Source of the DNA: Candidatus Latescibacterota bacterium
Lineage (GTDB): Bacteria; Latescibacterota; CBDEFO01
Length of the DNA stretch: 64,000 bases
Direction: 5' to 3'
Assembly: GCA_965237525.1 (NCBI GenBank)
Contig: CBDEFO010000007.1
Location: forward strand, 640,001-704,000
A model generated the notes under the pieces. It was not told where the DNA came from. It saw only the letters and a list, made by a program, of their open reading frames with translations, and did not search any database. This document shows positions 20,714-29,457 of this stretch, one piece after another. The number at the start of each line of letters is the position of its first letter. The stretch's first letter is position 1. A program made the translations under genes and the position numbers.

Positions 20714-21523
20714 TTGGACAAGCCAATTACAAGCTTTAGAAATCCGTATATCAAATTCATACGCTCTTTAAAGCTGAAGAAATACAGAGACAAAGAGAAA
20801 AGATTTTTTATTGAAGGGATCAGGATAGTAGCGGCCGCAGCAAAATTTAACGCCCCTGTGGAATCTTTGATCTTCTGTCCTGCAAAGCTGGAAAGCCTGA
20901 GAGCTATCGCTTTAGTTGAGAGTTTAAGAAAAGAGGGCATAAAGACGGTATCTGTGGAGGAAGATCTCTTCGGGAAGCTCTCAGAGCGGGAAAACCCACA
21001 GGGGATAGGCGCTGTCGTCCGCCAATGGGAAACCCGATTGGATCAGATTGTGGTCCGCGGATGTCCTCTCATTGTAGCTATTGATGGCGCTGAGGGACCT
21101 GGGAATTTAGGCACCGTAATACGTACCGCAGATGGAGCCGGGGCGTCAGGAGTAATAGCCTCCGGGCAGATGGTAGACCTCTACAATCCAGCTACTATTC
21201 GATCCAGTATGGGCTCTTTTTTCTCCCTTCCGGTCGTAACCTGCAAGGACAGAGCTAAGGCCTTTAAATGGCTCAAAGACAACAAAATAGCCATCGTCGC
21301 TACATCTCCGAACGCGGATGTCTGCTACTTCGACACAGACTATACGAAACCGACAGCAATATTGATGGGAAACGAAGCCAAAGGACTCGATAAGGAGGCT
21401 CTTGAGGGTGCCGATATAGTCGTTAAAATCCCGATGGCAGGGAGCACTGACTCCCTCAATGTAGCCGCTGCCTCCGCTGCAGTCATTTACGAAGCTGTGA
21501 GACAGAGGTTGAAAGGGCGATAG
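20714..21523 (+). CDS. TrmH/SpoU-family RNA methyltransferase
   Basis: PGNLGTVIRTA, MGNEAKG, IPMAGSTDSLNVA SPOUT motifs; N-terminal ITSFRNP..K substrate-binding domain. Confidence 0.93.
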   Translation: MDKPITSFRNPYIKFIRSLKLKKYRDKEKRFFIEGIRIVAAAAKFNAPVESLIFCPAKLESLRAIALVESLRKEGIKTVSVEEDLFGKLSERENPQGIGAVVRQWETRLDQIVVRGCPLIVAIDGAEGPGNLGTVIRTADGAGASGVIASGQMVDLYNPATIRSSMGSFFSLPVVTCKDRAKAFKWLKDNKIAIVATSPNADVCYFDTDYTKPTAILMGNEAKGLDKEALEGADIVVKIPMAGSTDSLNVAAASAAVIYEAVRQRLKGR

Positions 21524-22575
21524 GCCTAAGCATATTAAAGGGACTTCCAAACATCCAGAGGATTTTAATCATACAGACGGCTTTTATAGGTGACGTTATT
21601 CTGACAACACCTCTTCTGAGAGCTGTCAAAGACAATTTCCCCAAAGCAAGGATTTCCTTCCTTTTGATTCCTACCACTGCTGAGATTGTAGAGACCAATC
21701 CCAATGTGGATGAACTAATCATATATGACAAAGGGGGCCAAGACAGAGGAATCCGGGGGATGTTCAGGATTATCCGTGTCCTTAAGAGCAAGAAGTTCGA
21801 TCTGACTTTTATCCCGCACCGCTCCATAAGGAGCGCTCTCATAGCAAGATGCGCTAACATACCAAAAAGAATTGGTTTTCACAACAGCGCGGGATCGTTT
21901 CTTTACTCTGATGTTGTGGGGCACCGAAGTGGAGTCGGCGTCCATGAAATAGAACGCAATCTGGATCTTATCGCTATCTTCAAGGCAAGTATAGGGAGCA
22001 CCAGACCTGAAATCTTTCCCGATGATAAAGATAAGAAGAGGGTCTCTGCGTTCTTGAAGGAGAGCCGGAAATCTCCTTCTAAACCGATTATAGCGGTTGC
22101 GCCTGGTTCTGTGTGGGCAACCAAAAGGTGGCTATGTGATCGCTTTGCTGAGGTGTCGAATCGTCTTATCGAAGAAGAGGATGCCGAGATAGTGTTGATC
22201 GGCGGTGCAGAGGACGAAAAGCTCTGCCGGCATATAGCCTCAAATTTGGACTTTGCTCCTATAATAGCCGCAGGCAGGCTGACACTTCGACAATCTGCTG
22301 AACTCTTGAAAAGGTGCCACCTTCTCCTTTCCAACGACAGTGCCCCTGTTCATCTATCCTCAGCCGTAGGCACTCCAGTAGTCTCTATATTCGGACCTAC
22401 AGTCAAAGACTTTGGATTTTACCCTTATGGAGAGAGAAACACAGTCGTTGAGATTGAACTCTACTGCCGCCCCTGCGGATCTCACGGAGGCAATAAGTGC
22501 CCCGAGGGTCACTTCAGGTGTATGAGAGAGATAACTGCAGATAACGTTTTAGGCAGGATAAGAGACATCAAATAG
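21520..22575 (+). CDS. waaF: Glycosyltransferase family 9 (ADP-heptose:LPS heptosyltransferase II-like); start codon uncertain
   Basis: RILIIQTAFIGDVILTTP lies upstream of the first canonical start (21664); APGSVWATKRW, SNDSAPVH, IFGPT, CRPC..C..C. Confidence 0.8.
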   Translation: MGLSILKGLPNIQRILIIQTAFIGDVILTTPLLRAVKDNFPKARISFLLIPTTAEIVETNPNVDELIIYDKGGQDRGIRGMFRIIRVLKSKKFDLTFIPHRSIRSALIARCANIPKRIGFHNSAGSFLYSDVVGHRSGVGVHEIERNLDLIAIFKASIGSTRPEIFPDDKDKKRVSAFLKESRKSPSKPIIAVAPGSVWATKRWLCDRFAEVSNRLIEEEDAEIVLIGGAEDEKLCRHIASNLDFAPIIAAGRLTLRQSAELLKRCHLLLSNDSAPVHLSSAVGTPVVSIFGPTVKDFGFYPYGERNTVVEIELYCRPCGSHGGNKCPEGHFRCMREITADNVLGRIRDIK

Positions 22576-22799
22576 GCCACAAGTTTCCCAGCTACACTGC
22601 ACATTCTGAAGGATGTAACTCATCAGTTTTCTCCAAGAAGTTCTCCGACCACTTCGCCACTTCGTGGTTTGCTAGCTCCCCAGCAAGGTGGCCCCGCCAC
22701 CCAGCGGATGGTTTGCTGGCACTTCGCGCCCCTTGCAAAAAGGGGTGGCAGAAACGCACGAAGTGCCCACGTCACCTTTTTGCGGCTTTGTCAAAAATT

Positions 22800-23540
22800 A
22801 TGTATCAATCAATCTTGTTATTCTTCCTGACACTTGCTGCAGGATCGATATTAGATGGCAGCACCGCTCAGGTTGTAAGGAGAGAGCATCTCATTGTTGC
22901 CGACTTCTCAAATGTCGGAGAACCCGGTCAGTTCCCGTCTGGATGGGGTTCCAGGGGAGGAGACGGGATAGAGGTGTATCGCCTTGAATCTGAGGATGGC
23001 GATCTTTTTTTGAGAGCGGAATCCGTAGGTAAGTCTGTAACTGCCGGGCTGGAGTGCACGATCAACCTGAGGGTTCATCATATCTTGCAGTGGAGGTGGA
23101 GAGTCCACAAAATCCCTTCGTCCGCCGACGAACGAGACAGGAAAAAAAATGACAACGCCGCCGCTGTCTATATCGTCTTTAAGGGAGGGATAATACCCAA
23201 AACTCTAAAATACGTGTGGAGCTCGTCGCTGCCTGTCGGTACTACACTGGAAAGTCCACGAAGCAGGCGCACGAAGATTGTAGTCTTAGAAAGCGGAAAA
23301 GAAAGGACAGGAACCTGGGTAGAAGAGACTGTCAACGCATACCAGGACTATAAAACGCTCGTTGGAAGCGAGCCACGGATGGTGAAGGCTATCGCCATCC
23401 TCAGCGATTCTGACGATACCAAAGAGCCGGTGATGGCCGATTACGACGATATAGTCTTTTTCACTCCAGACAGAGTTAATCCCGAAAAGGTGAAAACTGT
23501 AAAGATAGACAATCCAGAAGGGGGAATCAAAAATGAATAA
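22800..23540 (+). CDS. DUF3047-like exported protein
   Basis: Signal peptide; LQWRWRV..P, DNAAAVYIVF, LKYVWSS, DYKTLVG, AILSDSDDT. Confidence 0.8.
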   Translation: MYQSILLFFLTLAAGSILDGSTAQVVRREHLIVADFSNVGEPGQFPSGWGSRGGDGIEVYRLESEDGDLFLRAESVGKSVTAGLECTINLRVHHILQWRWRVHKIPSSADERDRKKNDNAAAVYIVFKGGIIPKTLKYVWSSSLPVGTTLESPRSRRTKIVVLESGKERTGTWVEETVNAYQDYKTLVGSEPRMVKAIAILSDSDDTKEPVMADYDDIVFFTPDRVNPEKVKTVKIDNPEGGIKNE

Positions 23541-24699
23541 GAATTTGTCCTTTGTACTTGCACTGGTCTCGATTCTCACTGTAACCTTGCGGGTCTTTGC
23601 GCAGAACGTCTCGGTCTCTGATTACAGTGTTCCTGTCAGCCAAGCCGACAATCTCAGAATAGACGCCTTTAACTTTAACTATATCACGTCAGGCTCGAAG
23701 GTCACCGGAGAGTCCGGTAATTTGGGGGTTATCTATAAAAACTTTTACGACTCCCTCCCTTTTGCCTACTCCCTGGACTTTATCGGCTCAGGAACCCTCA
23801 ACAAGGATGTTCCAAAAGACAAGATCCTAACTGACTTTACCACCGATTTTTCAGCCAGGGTAAAAAAGTACGTAAAAAGCGACGGCAATCTATTCGGATT
23901 CGGAGATGTGGACCACGATTTCAATAAGCCCTTCGACAGGCCATCTGTGGACCTTACAATTGGCGTTGGCTACGGACGCTCCATAAACGCTACTGCCCTT
24001 GCAAAAGCCGTAAGGATAGAGGACTTCTTCCTTGCGGAAGGCCTAATCTTTGAACAGCTTCCCAAAGAGACAGTGATAGAACTCGGTCACATCATCGAAA
24101 GAAGATCCGAATACGAAGATGTCAATGGAACTCGGTACGAAAACTACTGGTTTGAAGATATGGAAAACGCCATCGGAAAGTCCAGAATACTGGGAGAGAG
24201 TTTAGGAGCTATAGGGATACTGAGGATGAGAGAGGTGCTCTTTCAGGAGAGAATAAATGACAGGTTCTACGGATGGGAAACCACCGCAGGGATCAAATTC
24301 CAACTCCTTGCGGAAATGAAAGGTATGAAGCGACGGGATCCTTCTGCCGCTATCGGGTTTAGGTGCTCCCGTCCGTTAAACTGGACAACGCAGGTCAACG
24401 CACGATTCGAGTTCAGCACGCCTTTTACAGGAGACTTTGCAGAACTCTACAACACGTCCTTTATCACGGACTTCATCTACGAACTTACAAACAAAATAGA
24501 TTTCACGCTCCGCTACCTGGTAAGGGCCAATAAATCTAATAAAGATATAGACACAGACACTGTCAACTCATTAGGGGCCGCGATTACCTTCTTCCTGGAG
24601 AACAAGATCAATCTCACTATAAGCGAACAGTTCGACAAGGAGGACAAAAAAAGGATAGAACAGCAGTTCAATATAACGCTCAATTATAGAGTGTTCTGA
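23533..24699 (+). CDS. Probable outer-membrane beta-barrel protein
   Basis: Signal peptide (VFA|Q), amphipathic beta-strands, C-terminal LNYRVF BAM-type signal; overlaps the DUF3047-like gene. Confidence 0.65.
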   Translation: MNKNLSFVLALVSILTVTLRVFAQNVSVSDYSVPVSQADNLRIDAFNFNYITSGSKVTGESGNLGVIYKNFYDSLPFAYSLDFIGSGTLNKDVPKDKILTDFTTDFSARVKKYVKSDGNLFGFGDVDHDFNKPFDRPSVDLTIGVGYGRSINATALAKAVRIEDFFLAEGLIFEQLPKETVIELGHIIERRSEYEDVNGTRYENYWFEDMENAIGKSRILGESLGAIGILRMREVLFQERINDRFYGWETTAGIKFQLLAEMKGMKRRDPSAAIGFRCSRPLNWTTQVNARFEFSTPFTGDFAELYNTSFITDFIYELTNKIDFTLRYLVRANKSNKDIDTDTVNSLGAAITFFLENKINLTISEQFDKEDKKRIEQQFNITLNYRVF

Positions 24700-24980
24700 G
24701 CACAGGCCAAAAACCGATGTCCGCTGCGCCTGCAGGACTCTCTTGCGGACCTGCCACTGTTGCCCAAAAAATGTAATACTGCTTTACCCAGTTCTGCTAC
24801 TCGGAGAAGATCTGACCTGGAAGAATTCCTTGCGGATTACCTACTTCTGGTAAAGCGACAACTCTTGTAAATGCTGCAAGTTTAGTCCCATCTGGAAGGG
24901 GTTTATCACATTCCCAATCTCCCTTCAACATAGATTGAGAGTGGGATTCTATTTGCAGCTTCTACTTTGTAGCGGTTGAA

Positions 24981-26268
24981 TATCAAATGAAATCGGTGCA
25001 CCTAATTTGATCTTTGTTTAGAGTATTAGTAGATTAAGTTGAGTTGATTGTCTTAACTTTAATCTACGGAGTCCTATGGACAAAGAGAGATTGGCCGTAT
25101 TAAGACAAGAAGTCAACGAGATGTATTTTAAGAAAGAAATGTCAAAGCGAGAAGTTATCAAACAAGCGAGAGTTTCCAATGATTTCGTTACGGCTTGGAC
25201 TAAATCTCTGGATCAGGATTTTGCCATGGATAATCGGGGTTGGCCAAAAGGAAAAAGGCGAAAATTGGCTAAAGTTGACGAACAGAGAATCAAAGAGATT
25301 TACCATAGCTTAGAGGACGATCCTTATCAGTTCTATTCAGGAGCCACTGTTATTGAACAAGAATGGAGGAATCGATATTCTAGCACCCCTCCTCCGTCGT
25401 TGCCGACTATCGGCAGAATGCTTTCAGATTTAGGACTTTCCCAGAGAAGGAAGAAAGGTAAAAACAAGGGTGCATCTCGTTATCTTTGTTATCCAGAGTA
25501 TACCATTTACTATCTTTCAGGAGGCAGAGTCCTAGAATCAGACTTTATTGGTAAAAAGTATCTTACCGGCAGAACTGAGCCGGTCAACTTCGTTGGATTT
25601 TCCTTTAAGAAAGAGCCTAAGTTAAGGTATTTTCGGCGGGTTGACGGTCAAACAGCAACTAACTTTATCGAGAAGTGTCAGTCTTTCTTTGACAGGTTTG
25701 AAAAACCAGATTTCGTTAAGGTGGACAATTGCTCGGCGACTATTGGCAGTGTTTCAGGTAAAAGGAATGTCAGCAAAGCAATGCAGTTTCTCTTGAAAAA
25801 TCAAGTGATTCCGATATTTGCCGTTCCCAGAAGGCCCTTTTCTCAAGCATCTATAGAAGGCAACAATTCTGTATTTTCAAGGAAGTTCTGGAACAGAATT
25901 CAGTTCAAAAGCTTACAAGAAGTTGATCAGAAGTTAGAATGGTTTAATCTTTCATCACAGAGATACACCGGCTACCGTCCACCTAAGCAAGAGAAGTCAA
26001 ACGAGAAAGATTTCATTCCCAAGACCTATTTTATCAGACAAGTCAAACAGGACACAGAACAGACAGATAAAGCCTTTATCGATGTCCTAAATGAGAAAGT
26101 ATCTCTTCCCTCCTCTTACACCAACTACTTTGTCCTGGCTGAATGGAACCTAAAAGAAGAACAATTATACATCCATTTTGAAAAAGAACAGAAACCAAAG
26201 ATTGTCGAAAACCTATCATTCAAGATCAATCAAAGATCGAAAGAGAAGTGCACCGATTTCATTTGATA
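24981..26268 (+). mobile_element. Insertion sequence (1288 bp), IS481/integrase-core-like
   Basis: Perfect 21-bp terminal inverted repeats TATCAAATGAAATCGGTGCAC (24981-25001 and 26248-26268) around a single DDE ORF; AT-richer than its neighbours. Confidence 0.88.
25076..26266 (+). CDS. DDE transposase with N-terminal HTH
   Basis: Basic HTH-like N-terminus (PSLPTIGRML); candidate triad ESDF, KVDN, SIEGNN; stop codon inside the right TIR. Confidence 0.8.
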   Translation: MDKERLAVLRQEVNEMYFKKEMSKREVIKQARVSNDFVTAWTKSLDQDFAMDNRGWPKGKRRKLAKVDEQRIKEIYHSLEDDPYQFYSGATVIEQEWRNRYSSTPPPSLPTIGRMLSDLGLSQRRKKGKNKGASRYLCYPEYTIYYLSGGRVLESDFIGKKYLTGRTEPVNFVGFSFKKEPKLRYFRRVDGQTATNFIEKCQSFFDRFEKPDFVKVDNCSATIGSVSGKRNVSKAMQFLLKNQVIPIFAVPRRPFSQASIEGNNSVFSRKFWNRIQFKSLQEVDQKLEWFNLSSQRYTGYRPPKQEKSNEKDFIPKTYFIRQVKQDTEQTDKAFIDVLNEKVSLPSSYTNYFVLAEWNLKEEQLYIHFEKEQKPKIVENLSFKINQRSKEKCTDFI

Positions 26269-26729
26269 AATAACCTGTAGCCCCATAGGGCTCATATTCA
26301 AGAGGCAAGGGACAAAGGTCAGATTTTGATCAATTTGGAAAGAATATAAAATAAGATATCAGCTGTCAATTAAATTGTGCGGTGGATGGTCGGGTCAACA
26401 ACAGACGTTAGCCCCAAGAATAGGCCTGATAATTTTCAGCGTCGATGCCTTCACTGGAGTGTCGCTCCGCGAACAACCACGGCTTCCACCTGGCTACCTG
26501 CGACAGTCAATAGTTTCGCGTTCACTAAAATTATTTGTGATCAACTCCATTGTGATCCAATTTGTTGCTGCTCATGACGTTGTACTAAATAATCCAAGAC
26601 GTTCGTCCAGCTCATTACCTTGTCCCGCTAGATCTTGAGGGTGAGCGGCGATCGTTTCCCAAAGTAAAGTCTCTTGCCTCTCAGGCCGGTTGGTGACGTT
26701 CTCGCAGTAGATTTCACGAAGTGGAGAGA

Positions 26730-27455
26730 TCATCTCGGAACCCAAGTAGCAAAGTAGGTCGGCGACCACTTGCGCGTCAGTTGGAAAACGCGCTCCCTTA
26801 CACAGCCGTGGTCTGGGGAAACCTCGATGTCGATATACGCCTCGGCCCCCGCTACAGTGGGAAATTCCGCCAGCCAGACGCGGTGCCAGATGGCCTGGGG
26901 GGCCATCAGCTTAAAACACTCCAGCCGCATCAAACCATGCTGGTGGGTTACAGAGCGCATGCCCTCGATGTAGTCGTCTTCCAGCCGCTTTTCTCCAAAG
27001 CCGTGTGTCGGCTCCCCACGTTCGAAGAGCACCACAACCACACTGCCAAAGTCTACCCTTAGTTCCGGAACTTGGCGGGGATCAACGTCTTCCGGTACGA
27101 CCACCGAAGGCGCAGCGTTCGCTACCCAGTCGGTGCAAAACTCCGGCCGGTAGCTACGCGCCAGGTAGTATTCGTAGTACCCATAGCGACCATAGGGCGG
27201 CGCCATCTCTGCCTCAATCCATGCCTCGGCGCCCGCTAACGTCGGAAACTCAATGATCCAGAAGCGCTCCCAAGTGCTTTGCGGCGCCATCAAACGGAAC
27301 CCTTCGAGGTGCTGCAGCCTGTATTTGTGCGCAATTCCCAGCATCAGATCCACGTGTTCCTGCTGATAAGCTTCCTGCTCATGGGGCGACACGCTGTGCC
27401 AGCTCGATAGCCGGCCACCTTTGTAGAGGACGACAATAGATTCGTCAGTTTCCAT
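26730..27455 (-). CDS. Hypothetical protein with two tandem copies of a dimeric alpha+beta-barrel-like domain
   Basis: Internal repeat LEGFRLMAPQSTWERFWIIEFPTLAGAEAWI / LECFKLMAPQAIWHRVWLAEFPTVAGAEAYI; RBS AAGGA. Confidence 0.75.
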   Translation of the reverse strand: METDESIVVLYKGGRLSSWHSVSPHEQEAYQQEHVDLMLGIAHKYRLQHLEGFRLMAPQSTWERFWIIEFPTLAGAEAWIEAEMAPPYGRYGYYEYYLARSYRPEFCTDWVANAAPSVVVPEDVDPRQVPELRVDFGSVVVVLFERGEPTHGFGEKRLEDDYIEGMRSVTHQHGLMRLECFKLMAPQAIWHRVWLAEFPTVAGAEAYIDIEVSPDHGCVRERVFQLTRKWSPTYFATWVPR

Positions 27456-27803
27456 CTAATTTATCCTTCTGTGGTTATTCTGTCGACAGATGATCTTTGA
27501 GCAGAAAAATCGGTAATAGAGTCAATTAGGATGAAGTTAATTCCTATACACTGTGGATCTCACAGCAAGACACTCTTGCCTGCGGATTCCGGTGACTTTA
27601 GTCTGTAATTTAGGCTCGATTGCAAATGGCTAGTCAGACTATGCGACCTGATGAAAGCAGGCGAAAGAGCCAGCCACTATTCAGAGCCGTTCTTGGCGGC
27701 GAGGTCGAATTTGGAGGTCGTGCCTTCACAGGGGGAATGATCAGGTATTTGTTATCGCCCCGGCAGATGCATCTAGCGTCGACTCGCGCAGGGGTAGCCA
27801 CGT

Positions 27804-28040
27804 CTACATGACGAATTCGTGCATATCGCCGATCCACTTGATCCCGGTGGGTCCGGGTACTTCGCATGCTCCCCCCATGGCAAAAATGAGGTCGCCCACC
27901 GTAGCCGCATCCAGCCACGCCTTCGCCTCCGGCAACGGCGCTTCGCGGATCCACATGTCCGCGTCGATGTCGTAGACTTCGGTCGTGTTGGTGTAGTGAT
28001 CGATAGGGTCGTCTCCTTCGTTCATGTGACCTTCGGACAA
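27804..28040 (-). pseudogene. C-terminal fragment of a Kelch-repeat protein
   Basis: TEVYDIDADMWIREAPLPEAKAWLDAATVGDLIFAMGG Kelch signature; the 5' side runs into AT-rich non-coding DNA. Confidence 0.7.
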
Positions 28041-28488
28041 TGAAATTCAACATTAGTACTTCCATCAAATCGCATATTGATCGTTTCACCTTCTGAATGA
28101 TCAATATGTATCCGCAATTTTGTGAGTGTTATTTATTGTAATATAATATGTTGTGCCAACATTGACAACCATTCTTAGAGCTTAATATGCGATTGAAGGG
28201 TAATATTTCTTGACGAAAGTTATGGATGAATGTATCTTATGTGACTGTACGGGGAGTTATTCTGATGGGTAGACTCCATAGCGCGGCAAAGGTGAGACGG
28301 GCAATGCTGGCGTTTTCGATTTAGGTGTGGCCGCGAACGAACATGAGGGGATTCAGGAGTCCTCATTACGTTTCATGACCAGTAAATCCTGACTGGAGCC
28401 TACGGTGATGACTACAGAGAGTGAAAGCTCTGAGCCTGAACAACGTCGGGATGTGAGGAGGCTTAGGTTAGACTTTTCGGATAAGGAG

Positions 28489-29373
28489 ATGGGCATGCAA
28501 AGTAATGTCAAGCTGGATATAGAAGACGAAGAAATTGGTTTTATGAACGTTGACCAGACCGACTTCAGTTCGTTCACCCTGGGTGAGCGCATTCGACACG
28601 TTGAGGTAGAGGGATACGTCGTTCTACCCGATACGCTCGACAGACGGAAGATTGCAAGACTCAAGTCGGAACTTGCCGATATTACAATGCGACATAAGGA
28701 TTACAGCGTAGCTCAGACTGTGTCTGAGGATCCTCCACAGTGGCAGAGTCGCGCCGTTGCAGAGCTGATCGGGAATCCGCCGGTTATCCAGTTTCTCAGG
28801 GAACTGATGGGCACGGATATTGTGTTTACACGAGGAGTATTTCAACGCACTAAGCCCGGCTCCCCAGGGATCTCTATGCACACAGACGGACAGCCCTTTG
28901 GGTCGTCAATCTTTGACTACGAGGGCAGCTCGCCTAGGCTGCTGCGGGTCCTCTATTACCTCGACGACCTCATACCTGAACGGGCGCCCTTTCGGCTTGT
29001 GCCTCGTTCGCACCTTTCCTTCCACGCAGAAGCGAACCCGTACCTCCGATACAAGTCGCACCCGGAGGAGATCACCCTTTGCCTGAAGGCAGGATCAGCC
29101 CTTATCATCCCTAAAGACCTCTTCCACGGGACACATCCGAACAACGACACCTCCTCCAGGTCGATGATTCAGTTCGGCTACCGGCCAGGCTGGGCCGGGC
29201 CGATCCAAGCTATGGAAGAGTGGGATCCGGAGTTAGTGGCTGCAGCACCCGAGCAGGCCAAGCCGTTCTTGCAGAGTCTCAACAAGACGGGCGGTGTGTG
29301 GAAGCTGGAGAATAAGCCAAAGGGCATGGCGTCAAACGCTCCCGGGATCGACCCGCATCGCTGGGGAGACTGA
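28489..29373 (+). CDS. Phytanoyl-CoA dioxygenase (PhyH)-family Fe(II)/2-oxoglutarate oxygenase
   Basis: EGYVVLPD, H-T-D iron motif, PFRLVPRSH, LFHG..N...R; RBS AAGGAG before the ATG at 28489/28495. Confidence 0.88.
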   Translation: MGMQSNVKLDIEDEEIGFMNVDQTDFSSFTLGERIRHVEVEGYVVLPDTLDRRKIARLKSELADITMRHKDYSVAQTVSEDPPQWQSRAVAELIGNPPVIQFLRELMGTDIVFTRGVFQRTKPGSPGISMHTDGQPFGSSIFDYEGSSPRLLRVLYYLDDLIPERAPFRLVPRSHLSFHAEANPYLRYKSHPEEITLCLKAGSALIIPKDLFHGTHPNNDTSSRSMIQFGYRPGWAGPIQAMEEWDPELVAAAPEQAKPFLQSLNKTGGVWKLENKPKGMASNAPGIDPHRWGD

Positions 29374-29457
29374 GGGCATGAGGTGCAAGCCACTTCAGAG
29401 AACAAAAACTCAAATTCTCAGTATCCTGACCGCTTTACGCTTCAAGGAGAATATCGT

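Noticed and set aside
24700..26700. Gene interrupted by the IS481-like element
   Set aside because: The flanks look like eroded minus-strand coding sequence, but no frame could be rejoined to a recognisable protein.
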